NCBI GenBank assembly: GCA_002633005.1
Contig: NMRA01000365.1
Span: 68,145-132,144, forward strand
Reading direction: 5' to 3'
Source of the DNA: Phoronis australis
Taxonomy: Eukaryota; Animalia; Phoronida
Length of the DNA: 64,000 nucleotides
Below the pieces are notes generated by a model. That model was not told the DNA's origin, ran no database searches, and saw only the letters and a program-made list of their open reading frames with translations. Numbering within the stretch: the stretch's first letter is position 1; every line of letters begins with the position of its first letter. A program made the translations under genes and the position numbers. Of this stretch, positions 26,101-38,000 are shown piece by piece.

Positions 26101-28323
26101 CAGGCCATTTCAAGTATGTGATTTTGTATCTGAAATGAATTTCTTTTCATTTATAGTAGTAATGGAAACTAGACACTATTGTGGGTCCAACTAGCGCCCA
26201 TGCAACAATATGCCCCTTGTCAGGTCAGAATATTCTTTCCAACAATAAAAACTGCTCTGTTTTAAAATACTGAAATTTTTAAGTGGTTAGTTTGTGGTGG
26301 TGAGTGAGGGGAGAGAAATTTATCCCTCACAGGAAAAAAATTCTCCTTTTGTGAGACCCATGCACTTTCTGCCAAAGACAAGTGAAAGTACAGTCACTGT
26401 GTCACTGTGGTGGTAAGATTAGCTAGAGGTTTTGGTAATATTCATGTGGATCCCTGATTTAAATGTGATTTGAGAACCAGTTACTCCGATTGAATAATGC
26501 CTGTTATTGAATGGGAGTAACTGGTTCTCAAATCCTAGTACCTAGTTCCTAGTACCTAGTACCTATTTGACTGTTACTTAGATTTTTTGTTTTGCCATCC
26601 ACGTCTTATAACATGTAGTCACTGAGATACAGGTGCTTTAACACAGATGTTTGACACGCTTTTTACAGTGAATACAAAAGTAGAAATCCGATGCCACATC
26701 AACAGTGCTGACTGGATTCCTGAATGGATCAAACCAAAACTTATAGAACAGGTAATATTGGCACCACGTTCATTGATTGCAGATTTATTTGTTCTGCTTA
26801 CATAGGCAACATGGAAACAACTGAGGACGCTATATGGTGGTCAAGTGAATTTCGTTTAGTATTTTTTCAAGAAAAAATGCACAGCTCTAAGTAGAAATGC
26901 TTTATTGCCTTTGAGTTGTGCATCATAGCTACTATCAGTTAACGTTTTGATGAATTGTGGGTATTCACATCAAAGGTAGAAAAATGAAATTATCAATTTT
27001 TGCAAGTACTTTTGTCTGCAATTTTGAGATTTTTACTGTAAACTGTGCTAGTAAAGTGTTTAACTGTGGTATATTCTGTGATTTGTGTTTTTGCCATATG
27101 ACTGCATTCTCGGTATTTCACCTGTATTGCAGACTGTAATGACTTTCCTTTGTCAAATTATTCTGAAAGCATTTTCAATGATCTTGAGATTTGGTATCCA
27201 ATTTCTTGGAATTTGTGTGGACATAATTGCCTCTATATTGTCAGCAAAGCCACAAAGTGACTAAAGATGGGGTTCTCATAGTAACATCTGACAAAACGCG
27301 AAAGCAGTTGCTGAATCAGGCTGATTGTTTGGACAAACTAAGGACAATGGTGAGGCGGGCTGGTTACATATCTGTGGCCCCAACTGAGGAGGACATACAG
27401 CTGAGAGAGAAAAGGTGACACTTCTAAGCACATCTTGAATTTGTAATGTTAAGCTCTTGTTTATCAACTGTAATTGATGTCATGGCTGGTTCTTCACTGA
27501 CAAGACTGCTTTTAGTCAACTTACCTTTCGTAAAAAACAAACTTTTGATTTTGGGTACTTCCATAACAAAGGTGTTCTTGATTTGCTGTACTTAGCTTAG
27601 AAGTAATGTCTGGTCTTGGAAAGAGCTTAGAGCATGTTTTTAGCCGTGATCAGGCTCAACCATTTGGCTCGTAACAGCGAGTCATTTTATGCAGCAGTCA
27701 TGGTCTCAAGAACTTTCGAACTGCCAGTGCTTTCCTAGTATGGAAATCAATTCTCATGTAAGTGAGGAACAAGTCGATATCAATTCTAAACCAGTACGTG
27801 ATCTAAATAAAAAGTTAATTTCTTTGAGACCCGAAGACAAGGTTTATAGTTCGAGTAAGGTAAACAAAGCTTGGAGTTTACATTTGTGAAGTCAGTCATC
27901 TTAGTAGCGCTAGTTTGTCCTGTTGGTTTTACATGCTTTTTGTAAGGTAGAGCGTTTTAAAATATCACATAAAATTTCAGTACATTTTATTATTCCACCT
28001 GTTGATATTATGGAATAGTGGAAGTGTACCATTTGTGGAGGAGTTGTTGGTAAACCCAGGATTGAACTGATCTTAAGGATGGTTTACTAGTCCACGATTG
28101 ATTCAATCTTTCTCCGATCTTCACTAATCCTAAAAGAATATCCTGAGAAAAACTATACAACTTTGTGTTTGGTTTTCTTGAATTAATGGTGGTTGTATTT
28201 GATAGACTTCCTTTAATGGTTTGATGTTAATTTTTCAGGTTAGCTCGGAGAAAGAAACAGATATTAACTGAAAAAAGAAATCATTCATTGAAGAAAGCCA
28301 GTCGCAATGTCTCAGGTTACTGA
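23196..28323 (+). CDS. MRPL58: Peptidyl-tRNA hydrolase ICT1, mitochondrial (mL62/MRPL58), 198 aa. Exons 23196-23345, 24827-24875, 25917-25976, 26669-26751, 27245-27414, 28239-28323
   Basis: Spliced 597-nt frame: basic transit peptide, [47 protein letters not shown] (GGQ motif), ADWIP, DGVLIVTSDKTRKQLLNQADCLDKLR, basic tail KRNHSLKKASR; all junctions GT-AG and in phase. Confidence 0.96.
23568..24372. mobile_element. Non-autonomous TIR element in ICT1 intron 1
   Basis: CCTAAAGTCGTGA motifs at the left are mirrored by TCACGACTTTAGG and TCACGGCTTTAGG at the right; ends ...ACGGTA (Tc1/mariner/pogo-like). Confidence 0.45.
25385..25551. mobile_element. MITE, PIF/Harbinger-like family (other copies 47521-47754, 50254-50501)
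   Basis: Imperfect TIRs GTTCCAAGAAACTGACTTAAG...CTTAGCTAAGTCAGTTTTGTTGGA; close internal match to 50254-50501. Confidence 0.65.
26467..26534. repeat. 68-nt hairpin (palindromic mini-element) in ICT1 intron 3
   Basis: Perfect 21-bp stem GATTTGAGAACCAGTTACTCC/GGAGTAACTGGTTCTCAAATC, followed by CTAGTAC-like repeats. Confidence 0.85.
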
Positions 28324-28629
28324 CATTTACTGCCTCAGCAGCAAATTAAAGTAGATAACTGAAGCCACACGACATGCATGGCAGCTGTATACTCTTATTG
28401 ACTAGCTGTGATAGATGGTTGCACACAATGGAGAAGTTAGTGAGTCGTTGTAATGCAATGAACATTCACAGATGTGTTCAAAACCATGCTCTAGTTCACC
28501 ATTACTCTCTTGCAACCCAAATACTGTATTGCGGACCATTCATAGGGAGTTCTACTGCCACGTCTTAGGTTAATACCGATTTACACGAACCTGTTCAGTA
28601 AATGCAAAAAGTATCCAGACAAAATGATC

Positions 28630-28789
28630 CTGAATTCATGTCATGATGGCTGGGCGGAGCTGAATTCATGTAATGATGGCTGTACGGAGCTGAATTCATG
28701 TCATGATGACTGGGCGGAGCTGAATTCATGTCATGATGGCTGGGCGGAGCTGAATTCATGTAATGATGGCTGGGCGGAGCTGAATTCAT
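28630..28789 (+). repeat. Minisatellite, ~5.3 copies of a 30-bp unit, in the probable ICT1 3' UTR
   Basis: Unit CTGAATTCATGTCATGATGGCTGGGCGGAG with variants. Confidence 0.95.
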
Positions 28790-29961
28790 CTGATGACCGA
28801 GAATGAAGTGGAATTAACAAAGTCAGAAAGGTGTCTTGTAATTAGGATTTCATCACTGTAATAGTCATTACCAGCCATTTTTACTGTCAACACAATTAGC
28901 CGTTATGCTGGGGGGCAAAATTTTGTCTGATTACTTTTGTGCTGTATTGTATTGACATTTCTTGACATTTATGTGCAAAGTCTTAGCAGTAAGTAGTTCA
29001 ACATTCAGGCAGAAGCCTGTCAGGAAGGTGTATTACCCTCTTGATGTACAGTTACTGGAAGCAATTGGAAACTGGCCTTTTTTGTATGATTCTGTTAAAC
29101 ATCAAAGCTCTATTTTGCCCCGTTAGCTGGCTAAAAACAAAATAAGACCTTTTACTATCATAAAATCGGTCTCGTAATATTTCTTACTGCAATAGAATTT
29201 CACTTCTGTTACCAACAAGGACATGAAAACCATCAGGGACTAAAGAAAACACTTCAGAGTTAATTGGGGACCACCAACCCTTTAAGTGGAATTCAGAAAT
29301 GGTGCTTGTACCCATTACCTGTGACTCGAGTTGGTATCAGAAAAAATATCATTGTTAAGGATGTTATAACACAGATTTTGTGAGAGTCTCAATTCGACTT
29401 TTGTTTAACCAACTAAGCAGGACCAAATGGAGCTTAAGTCTTTAAAAGATGTTAAATTCCCCTTGTAGAGGCTTTAAAAATGAGTTTAATACCTTGTGTT
29501 AGCATTTCTGTTTTTGTAAAATTGCACTCTGGGGTGTTCATTGAGTGTTCCGTGGGCAAATTGTTAATTGTAGACTTGCTTTATTTGTTTGTAGTTGGTG
29601 ATAGTGTCATCCTGACTTTGCTGCTGTATGTTTCAGACCATGTGTTTCTTAATGTCAGTTTCATGGTGGTTATTGTAAGAGTGTTTTCACGTGATTTTGT
29701 TGGAGATTTCACCAGCAATATCTGCTATTGAAAACACTACTACTCAACTTAATTTTGTTTTGGCATAAAAAAATAAATACAACACACTCCTAAGTGGTTT
29801 CAGACTATTGAATCATAGTGCTGGCATGCCAGATATATACTATCAGATGCTGTGGTATGTTTGATACAATGGCACCATTGCAAAACATGCTTTTAAATGA
29901 GTAACATGCTAAGTGGTAACATAGTAACAGACACGAGATACAATTATTGGGACTAACCACA

Positions 29962-31230
29962 TTAGCTGCACGATTGTCGAGACGTTCGCCTCACACCTCG
30001 TTGGTCTTCCAGTTGCGTTAATAATGATTCCATGTGAGTGATTGCAACATCGAGTGATATTCGCCTGGACATGTCCGAGTCGCAGAAGCCATTGCCGACG
30101 AAGTGAAAGATGTCCATTTGCAAGCAACGTGAGGCCTTCAGTAGTATGTAGCCAAATGAATAAAGATCTGTTGATTTCGTTGAAAATCCGCCTTTTAAAA
30201 TGAGGGGATCTAACTGAGGGTATTTCGTGCGACATTCTTCGAAGTTGAGTTCCTGCAGATCAATTTTTATACCTTTATTACCTTCCAGAACGCACGCGTT
30301 GCCAAAATCGACAATGCAAGCTCGTAACCCTCTCTCTTTTAGAGCTATCAATATGTTGTTTTCCTTTAGGTCGTTTATTAGGATGTTTATGCTGTGGACT
30401 TTTTTTATTTGTTTTGCAATTTGTAAAAATATATCCATCCATTCCCAAACGTCAAGTCGACTGAGCTGTCCGCGTCTTATGCGTTTACCATCCTTTTTCA
30501 GCAGCGTTCCCAGTTCTAGACAAGAACACATTGAATGGTTACCGACAAACTCCATGAGAATTCCCCATTCAATGAATAGCTCCTCCCTCACGGTTGGTAG
30601 CAAGCCGTAGATGATTGGTCCGACTTTTTGCTCGTTCAGGTGCATAAGAAAACGCGCTTCTCGTAAAATAGCCACGATGTCGTTGGGAACGATTTTCAAT
30701 GCATACAAATTGCCAGTGGAATCCTGTTTCAATAGGAATACATCTCCGGTTGAACCTTGGCCTAAAATAACTTGCCTTCCATTTTGTTCAACAATGCTGA
30801 AACCAGTACTTTTCACGGTTTTGACGTAAGGGGGTAGTCCGGGAACACCCCAGTTTGCCATAGCGCTTTTCAAGGCAACTCTCTCAAGAATAAAGCCTTC
30901 TTTGCTGCGGTAGAGCTGTAGTGGTTTCACCAAACGGCTGGATTGATATTGTGAACTTTTTAAGTTCACGACTCTTCGTGCAGAGTGCTTTTTCTGCTCA
31001 GCGAAGGACAAGGAAGCACTTGCCACCTCGGGCTTACGATCGTGTGGCGTTTGACTCGTGCTGTGCCGTCTGGATGAGCCTGTGTAAGCCCAACTTCGCC
31101 GCTGTTTCACTGCGTCGAAGTTAAAGCCTTTCAACTCCGTTGCTCTAATAGCAAATGTTCTTGGGGAGGTCGACCTGGTGCTGGAATTGCGACTGGACTT
31201 GGACGATGATTTCACGTACTCTGCGTACAT
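29962..31230 (-). CDS. Intronless Ser/Thr-type protein kinase (non-RD), 422 aa, with a Ser/Arg-rich N-terminal extension
   Basis: Uninterrupted ORF with LGQGSTGDV (Gly loop), YALK (catalytic Lys), REA (helix C Glu), INDLKENN (catalytic loop), DFG, QLDP (APE position), DLYSFG (subdomain IX). Confidence 0.85.
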   Translation of the reverse strand: MYAEYVKSSSKSSRNSSTRSTSPRTFAIRATELKGFNFDAVKQRRSWAYTGSSRRHSTSQTPHDRKPEVASASLSFAEQKKHSARRVVNLKSSQYQSSRLVKPLQLYRSKEGFILERVALKSAMANWGVPGLPPYVKTVKSTGFSIVEQNGRQVILGQGSTGDVFLLKQDSTGNLYALKIVPNDIVAILREARFLMHLNEQKVGPIIYGLLPTVREELFIEWGILMEFVGNHSMCSCLELGTLLKKDGKRIRRGQLSRLDVWEWMDIFLQIAKQIKKVHSINILINDLKENNILIALKERGLRACIVDFGNACVLEGNKGIKIDLQELNFEECRTKYPQLDPLILKGGFSTKSTDLYSFGYILLKASRCLQMDIFHFVGNGFCDSDMSRRISLDVAITHMESLLTQLEDQRGVRRTSRQSCS

Positions 31231-31924
31231 TTTTGCGCGACCAATCCACAGAAACTGGCAGAAGCCCCGACGTTCTCACACAGTTGTTTGACGTCTACAT
31301 AACAATTTCAATTGACAAACACTTTTCATCACGCAGTGTCATTTTCAAACACATGCTCATCCTGCACGTGGCTTGCAACATTATTGCCGCAGCTCACTCT
31401 CCAACTAAGCTTTTTACGTATAAAAATGTCAATACCGGTACACTTTACAATACGTCCTGATAAACTCGTCCTCTGGTGATTTGCTCGGCTATATTTCAAG
31501 CAATCACGCCATTAAATTGACCCGTTTATCTCCCATCGAGAGCGAAGGCAGCAGTAATGGAGCGTCATTGCCTCCGAGTCCGTTAGTGCGGCATAAACAA
31601 TACTTTTCTGTTTTCAACTCGTACTTTTCCGAGGTGATTTTATTCAAACTGTCGAGAAAGTATACGAAATGCCGTAGTTGCATATCGTCGGCATTTTGCA
31701 AGTCGGTCGTATTTGCTTGAATTTGGCCCCTTCTTGATTTTCATGCATTCGTGTGGGAAGTCCAGAATGCATCTGAGTTTGTGTGCTCAAGTATATTGTG
31801 GAAGAAGAGTTTTATTGAAGTATAATTTACGTACGACGTTTATGTATATAGAGTCTAAACAGACTCGGGCCAAAACTTAGACTGGGTTCAAGTCTCATTT
31901 AGACTAGTTAAGTTACGACTCACT

Positions 31925-33800
31925 CTCCTGGTCTTTCATCCTCAAGGCATTATCATATTTTAACTTTGGCCCAAGGTTCATTGACACGGTCAAAACACTA
32001 TACAACAAATCTTGTCCCTGTGTTCTCCAACATGGAATTTTCTCTGAATGTTTTGAAATGGGGAGAGACTGTCGTCAAGGAGACCCCATTTGTCCTTACT
32101 TTTTTATTATGTGTAGAAATATTGGGTAATATAATTCGTCGGGATGGTGGCATCACTGGGGTCAGGATAGGTGTTTCTGAGTTTAAATTGATACAGTACG
32201 CTGACGACACTTGTTTAATTTTGGACGGTTCTGAGTTGTCTCATGGATCATCTTTGAATTTAATTGACCAATTTGCGAAATTTTCTGGTTTGAAGCCAAA
32301 CATCGAGAAAACAAGATGTGTTTGGATTGGTTCAAAAAAAGACTCTCACGAAAAACTTTGTGTCAATGAGAACCTGTTATGGACTAACAAACCTTTCATG
32401 ATTTTGGGAATAAACTTCTCCACTGATTATAATACAATGCCGGGAATTAACTATAGTTGCCGGTTTTTGGAAATTAAGAAAGTGGTGGGCTCTTGGTCAA
32501 GACGAATTCTTACTGTTTTAGGTAAAATAACCGTGGTTAAGACACTTTTATTGCCCAAGATTGTTCATTTGCTTCAATCCCTCCCTAGCCCCTCCATTGA
32601 CATGATTCAAGAATTAGAGCGAGTTTTTTTGGCTTCATTTGGAATGGGAAGAATGACAGAGTTCCAAAATCAGGATCATGGTGGTCTAAAAATGGTTCAT
32701 GTTAGTTTTTTTATTAAGTCTTTGAAAATATCGTGGCTTCGTAAACTATTCACCTCAAATACCATACGTGACCTTGCAGAGGCAGTTTTGGGCTGTAAAG
32801 TTGATAACTTTTTTCAAAATGGGAGACGCTTTCCTTAAAAAAATAGCTGAAGGCACTGACAATCTTTTCGATGTTGTGCTCCTGTTTCAAATGTGTGACA
32901 AAAATGAAAATATTATTTACTTTCCCGTGTGGTATAATTCAAAGATTAATGCTGAAGGTTCTTTTATGTCATACGAACAACTCTGTAATAGTTATAACTT
33001 TCAACCTCCAATACTAGAATTCTATGGATTAAGAAGTGCAACCTTTGCGGCGCACAGGGGCCTTAAGAATAGACAAGACAATATCTTTTTACCAAATTTT
33101 CCAAGTAATATGTATAAAATTTTACATAATAAATCACAAGCGGTAAATATTTATGGCACTTTGGTACAGTCACTTCAGACAGCTTGTAAGAATAAAAACA
33201 AGTGGTCATCTGAGATAGATATAGACGGTGTTATAAATAACATAAATTTTAGTGACTCTGATACATGGTGGAGAAAAGTAAATAAACTCCCCTTCAATTG
33301 TACAAAAGATACAAAATTGCGGTGGTTTCAATACCGCTTAATTCACAGAATATTGCCAACTAATAGTTGTTTACATAAAATTAAAATAAAAACAAGTGAT
33401 TTATGCTCTTTCTGTGGTGAACACAGTGAAACTTTTCTCCATCTGTTTTGGGAATGTCGTCTTGTCTCCGGTTTCTGGCTCCTGTTTGCTGATTGGTTAA
33501 GACAAACATATCATGTAAATTTCCATGTGGACAAGATAGCAGTGTTTTTTGGGAAACATTCAGTCAGAAAAATGTAATATTAATTTGTTGATCATGCTAG
33601 CAAAACATTCCATATTTAGTCAAAAGTTTGTTAAAAAAAATCTTAACATCGAATTGTTCATTAACTTTATTAAATTACATCCTGAAGGAAATACGGTACT
33701 TGTTGAGTAATGATTTAATGTTATTTAAACGATGTATAGTATATTGTTCTATATGACTTGTAATTATCATGCTAGAGCAAAATAAAAATATGAAAAAAAA
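31925..33800 (+). mobile_element. 5'-truncated L1/Tx1-clade LINE with A tail and 15-bp target-site duplication
   Basis: RT motifs QYADD, SGLKPNIEKT, LTVLGKITVVKTL, GGL; zf-RVT LRWFQYRLIHRILPTN...CSFC..ETFLHLFWEC; AATAAA at 33781 and A-run; flanked by AAGTTACGACTCACT at 31910-31924 and 33799-33813. Confidence 0.92.
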
Positions 33801-34126
33801 GTTACGACTCACTGGTTAAGCTATGAATTTAAGTCATAACTCGAAATCTGCCGTTTGTAGAGGGAATTTGAAGTTCATCGTTGGCCAATTGGACTAGAAA
33901 CTCTGTCTCCGGAAACAATGCACTCGAACACCCATAAAACGCTAACCGAGGTACTAAAGTAGAACAGATAATGCCCAACATAATCTGAGATGGAATCGAG
34001 TTCAGTGATTCGACCCTGGCGATCCAACGCACATAAAACCGCCATAAAACTTGACTGAAAAAAAGGGAACCATAGGTCAACCATTTGTGTCAACTATCGA
34101 AATTGCGAGTCAATAGTTTTCATGCA

Positions 34127-35083
34127 CACGATTGACAATCATAATTTATAAGCAACATTTATTTTATTTAGCAGTTAGCAGACGTGTTCACATTATTTTG
34201 CACTCCATAGACGTATAATTATCACATTCACTAAAAGCATTGGGGGCTCCAAGGTTCTTCAGCAATAAGATAAAGTAAAATTCACAAAACTTCCGTAGGT
34301 CACCAGTGGTACATTAAAACCCAGTCCATCCAGAGGCCTGCTGACTACTTGAACAAATTGATAATAAATATATATTTGCAGTACAGAAATGTCAAATAAT
34401 TTTCTTCAAAATCACCGAATAGTTGATTACATTTTCTTTTTTTACGATGCCACTCGATCAGCACACATGCTGCACGGCAACTCAGTGGACGATGCAAACT
34501 GGTTGGCCAATCATAACAGTCAGCTCGTACACAACCAATGCTCTTTTGTGACCTCTACGTTTAATATCACTCGATATTACGTCTGTAGTCCAGAGGAAGC
34601 TCAGTCACGAAGGCACGATTGACAATCGTAGCAACATTTATTTTATTTAGCAATTAGCAGACGTGTTCACATTATTTTGCACTACATAGACGTATAATTA
34701 TCACATTCACTAAAAGGATTTGGGGCTCCAAGGTTCTTCAGCATTAAGATAAGTAAAAATCACAAAGCTTCCGCAGGTCACCAGTGGTACATTAAAACCC
34801 AGTCCATCCAGAGGCCGGTTGACTACGTGAACAAATTGATAATACAGATATATATTCGCAGTGCAGAAATGTAGCCAGTCAAATGATTTTCTTCTAAGTC
34901 GCTGAATAGTTCACTACATTTTCTTTTTTTACGATACCAATCGATCAGCACACATGCTGCACTCGGTGGACGATGCAAACTGGTTGGCCAATCATAACAG
35001 TCAGCTCGTACGCAACCAATGCTCCTGTGTGACCTCTACGTTTATATTACGTCAGTAGCCCTGAGGACGCTCAGTCACGAAGG
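34127..35083. repeat. Tandem duplication (34127-34613 and 34614-35083) covering the RLR stop codon and 3' UTR
   Basis: Two aligned copies begin CACGATTGACAATC and end GCTCAGTCACGAAGG, with scattered substitutions and small indels. Confidence 0.92.
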
Positions 35084-38000
35084 CTTTCCTCAGAAATTGT
35101 GAATGGTACCTTCCTCCAGTTTTTAAGCTGTTCAAATTTGCCTTGTATTTCCAGTAACTCGCCTTGGTACACAAGGTTGTCTTTACCCAACAAATAGCCG
35201 ATCTCCCTTTTGCTATTAGTGTAGCGGACAATTGGACCAATGGGCGATTCACAAGGGCCACCACACTCAACCAATCCTTTGCAAACGGACTGACCTGAAA
35301 TGTAAAAAGTCCATACTCGTGGTATTCGAATTATTGTCAAATATGTTTTTCACTAGTGTGGTGCATACAACAAAGTTGACATTTATACACGTAAGACCTT
35401 TTGCAGCAGTCAAAGTACTTTCCACCTTCTTCAATGGCTGACAAACAAATAATTAGCTTTTACTCTCGCAAAACCGGTCACACATATGTCGTGATACGAT
35501 TTCATTTCCATTACCAACACAAGTCACAGGCTTTCGGCGTATAAGCGTCATTTTCAAATTCGCTATTTTATGTTTGGCGAACCCCAATAAACTGAAGTGT
35601 TTTTTGAGTCGCTTATAGCTTTGTTCGGAAGGATTTGTTGGTAACCGAAATAGAATCATATCGGTAAAGAATACCACGAGACTAATTTTATGCGAGTAAA
35701 GGGTTTTATTCTATGTTTGTTTTTAGCCAGATAAACAGGGCGAAATGCAGGTTAAAGATAATATTTCAGCCATATCAAAACCGATGTGCATTCTTGAGAA
35801 TTTTTGGGGCCGTTCTTAGCAGTTTCGAGCGGAGCCACCGCGAGTCTCAAGATGGCTATTGTTTTCAGGTGGACATCTTTTCGTTATATTCTTTTATATT
35901 CTTTTTGTTATATTCAGGCACATGCCACAACGAGCACGGTCCCTAACAGATTGGTGAAGCAACTCTAGTAAGACATAGGCCGTTGCAGTTGTCGGCAGTG
36001 AATGCAACAAGGACCTAGTGCCAGCCTTGAGGTCAATGAAGCTATGAAGACACACTGCTGAATCTAAGTTGGGGCCCCCGTGAACCTCTCCAGAATATCT
36101 CACCGGAGATTGCCGGGGGCAAACCAATTAAAAGGACGAAAAACACTCGATCGAGTTCCCACTGGCAGTCAGACCTTAACCGCCTATGGAAATGTGCACT
36201 CTGATTACACAGGTCGATGTCCGACCGGCTTCAGGGCCCGAGCAGCTAGACCTTAACGTGGCTACTACATCCCACCGGGGCCTCTTCGGAGATCTTTGAA
36301 ATGTGACACGAGTTTGGGGTTATCGCAATGATTTCAGCACAGGTAAAAACATGCGATTGGCAGTGTGATTTGCAATCACTGCTACAGGTCACTGCAGACG
36401 TAGAGGTACTGTACAAGCTGAGGTGACCGATTCACGTGAACAGTAGCTGAGGTGACAGCCCGTCGCGTCGCAGCGTGAAACCCATGCTAGAGCCACAACT
36501 GAATGAAATGGCTGCTGGCTCGTTCAATTGTTCTCGCCTTAACGTGAGCTGGCAGTTCAGCTATCATTCGCTTGCCTCAGGCTGGCAATCCATCTGGAGC
36601 TCTCCGGTCGCCCTAAGAGCCTAGGATGAGTCCCCGTCATTACACAACATTTAATGGATATTTACCAACATGCTGGTCATCTCTAAATTGTCTTGTCCCG
36701 GCACTAACGTTCCTTCTGGTGATTCTCTCAGGAAACCAGGGATCAATACATATGTAATGCGAACCTTTACGCCGAATACTCTCAGCATGACACAGGACGT
36801 CTTGCACTTCTTGCAAAATATTCGGAAACCACCAGAGACTGTAGATGAAGGCTGCGGCTTTGGTCTCAACATTTCATCAATTAGTTTGTTCTAAAAGAGA
36901 ATATTAAATCCCATTTCACACCCTTCAAATAAAACGACACAGCGTAGCGTCGAGCTCTCTTACTGTTCCAAAACTGGCCAACGTTCCGTGAACGTAAGAA
37001 TCTCACAAACACGCTAGACATGCGCGCACTCAGCCTAAAATGTAGGGAGGATCGAATTTTTCAGCATGTGAACCTTTTACTGAAAAAAAAACTGGATACC
37101 ACGTTCAGACCTATGAATTGTGCTTTCGCGCCGAATTCCCGTGGACTTTCATCTCGTTTTCCCGGACTTTATTTTCTCTGAGGGGGACCTTTTTTTGTTT
37201 CTCTGAGGCGGACCTTTTTGCCCATTTCACCAAATGGGGGNCACCCCCCGGGTGCGCGTACGCTATACCAGACAAGTTTTCGCGAGATATCGCCATCCAT
37301 GCATTACAAGCGAAGGAGATAACGAGTGAGCCCAATAGCTATTCTCGCGATTGCCTTAGGTCTACGGAACGCAGCCCTGATCTCTGAAAGAGGGAACCGA
37401 CTTCCATACGCGATAAAGCATTATCGCTCAATAGTTTACAAGGTAAAGCTGACGTGTAAGTCTCCACAGCATTTCACTTAGGCAAATTATTTTATCGCGA
37501 GCTATGTTGCAGAGTAAAACAAGATGTCATTTATAATGACGTAAGTAGAAGAACTTAAAATGACTATGCAAGATGGGCGTGGAAAAATCGCCACCTTACT
37601 CGCCGTTGAAGCAGAGGATAAGTATTTCTATTCTATAGAAAGTTTACGTTAAGCATCAGAATAATTCACCAGCGCTTGTCACGGATGTATGAATGAATAG
37701 TAGAAACAAGTTTTATCGTTTATACATTAATTATTATATTTGCAGTCAATTTCATTGCCTATCTCTGAATATTTAAGAAGACTGTTTGTTATATGTTTTC
37801 AAATGTCGTACCTGCTCCGTACGAATTTTTTCCTCCAGGTCATCCAGTTTATCTATTTCAAGCAAAGCCTCCATCATCCGATGTTCTTTTATCATATTCT
37901 CATACTCTCTTTTCTCATCTAGTGACCCTCTCAACACCAGAAGATAACATTCACTCTCTTTAGCTCTTGCTCGGCCACGTGATTGCACGGACCCGATCTC

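Noticed and set aside
28595-28806. Repetitive ORFs (MNSAPPSHH / ELNSCHDGWA)
   Set aside because: Translation artefacts of a 30-bp minisatellite after the ICT1 stop.
29909-31460. Overlapping and antisense ORFs around the kinase
   Set aside because: Shadow frames of the real coding sequence with no independent motifs.
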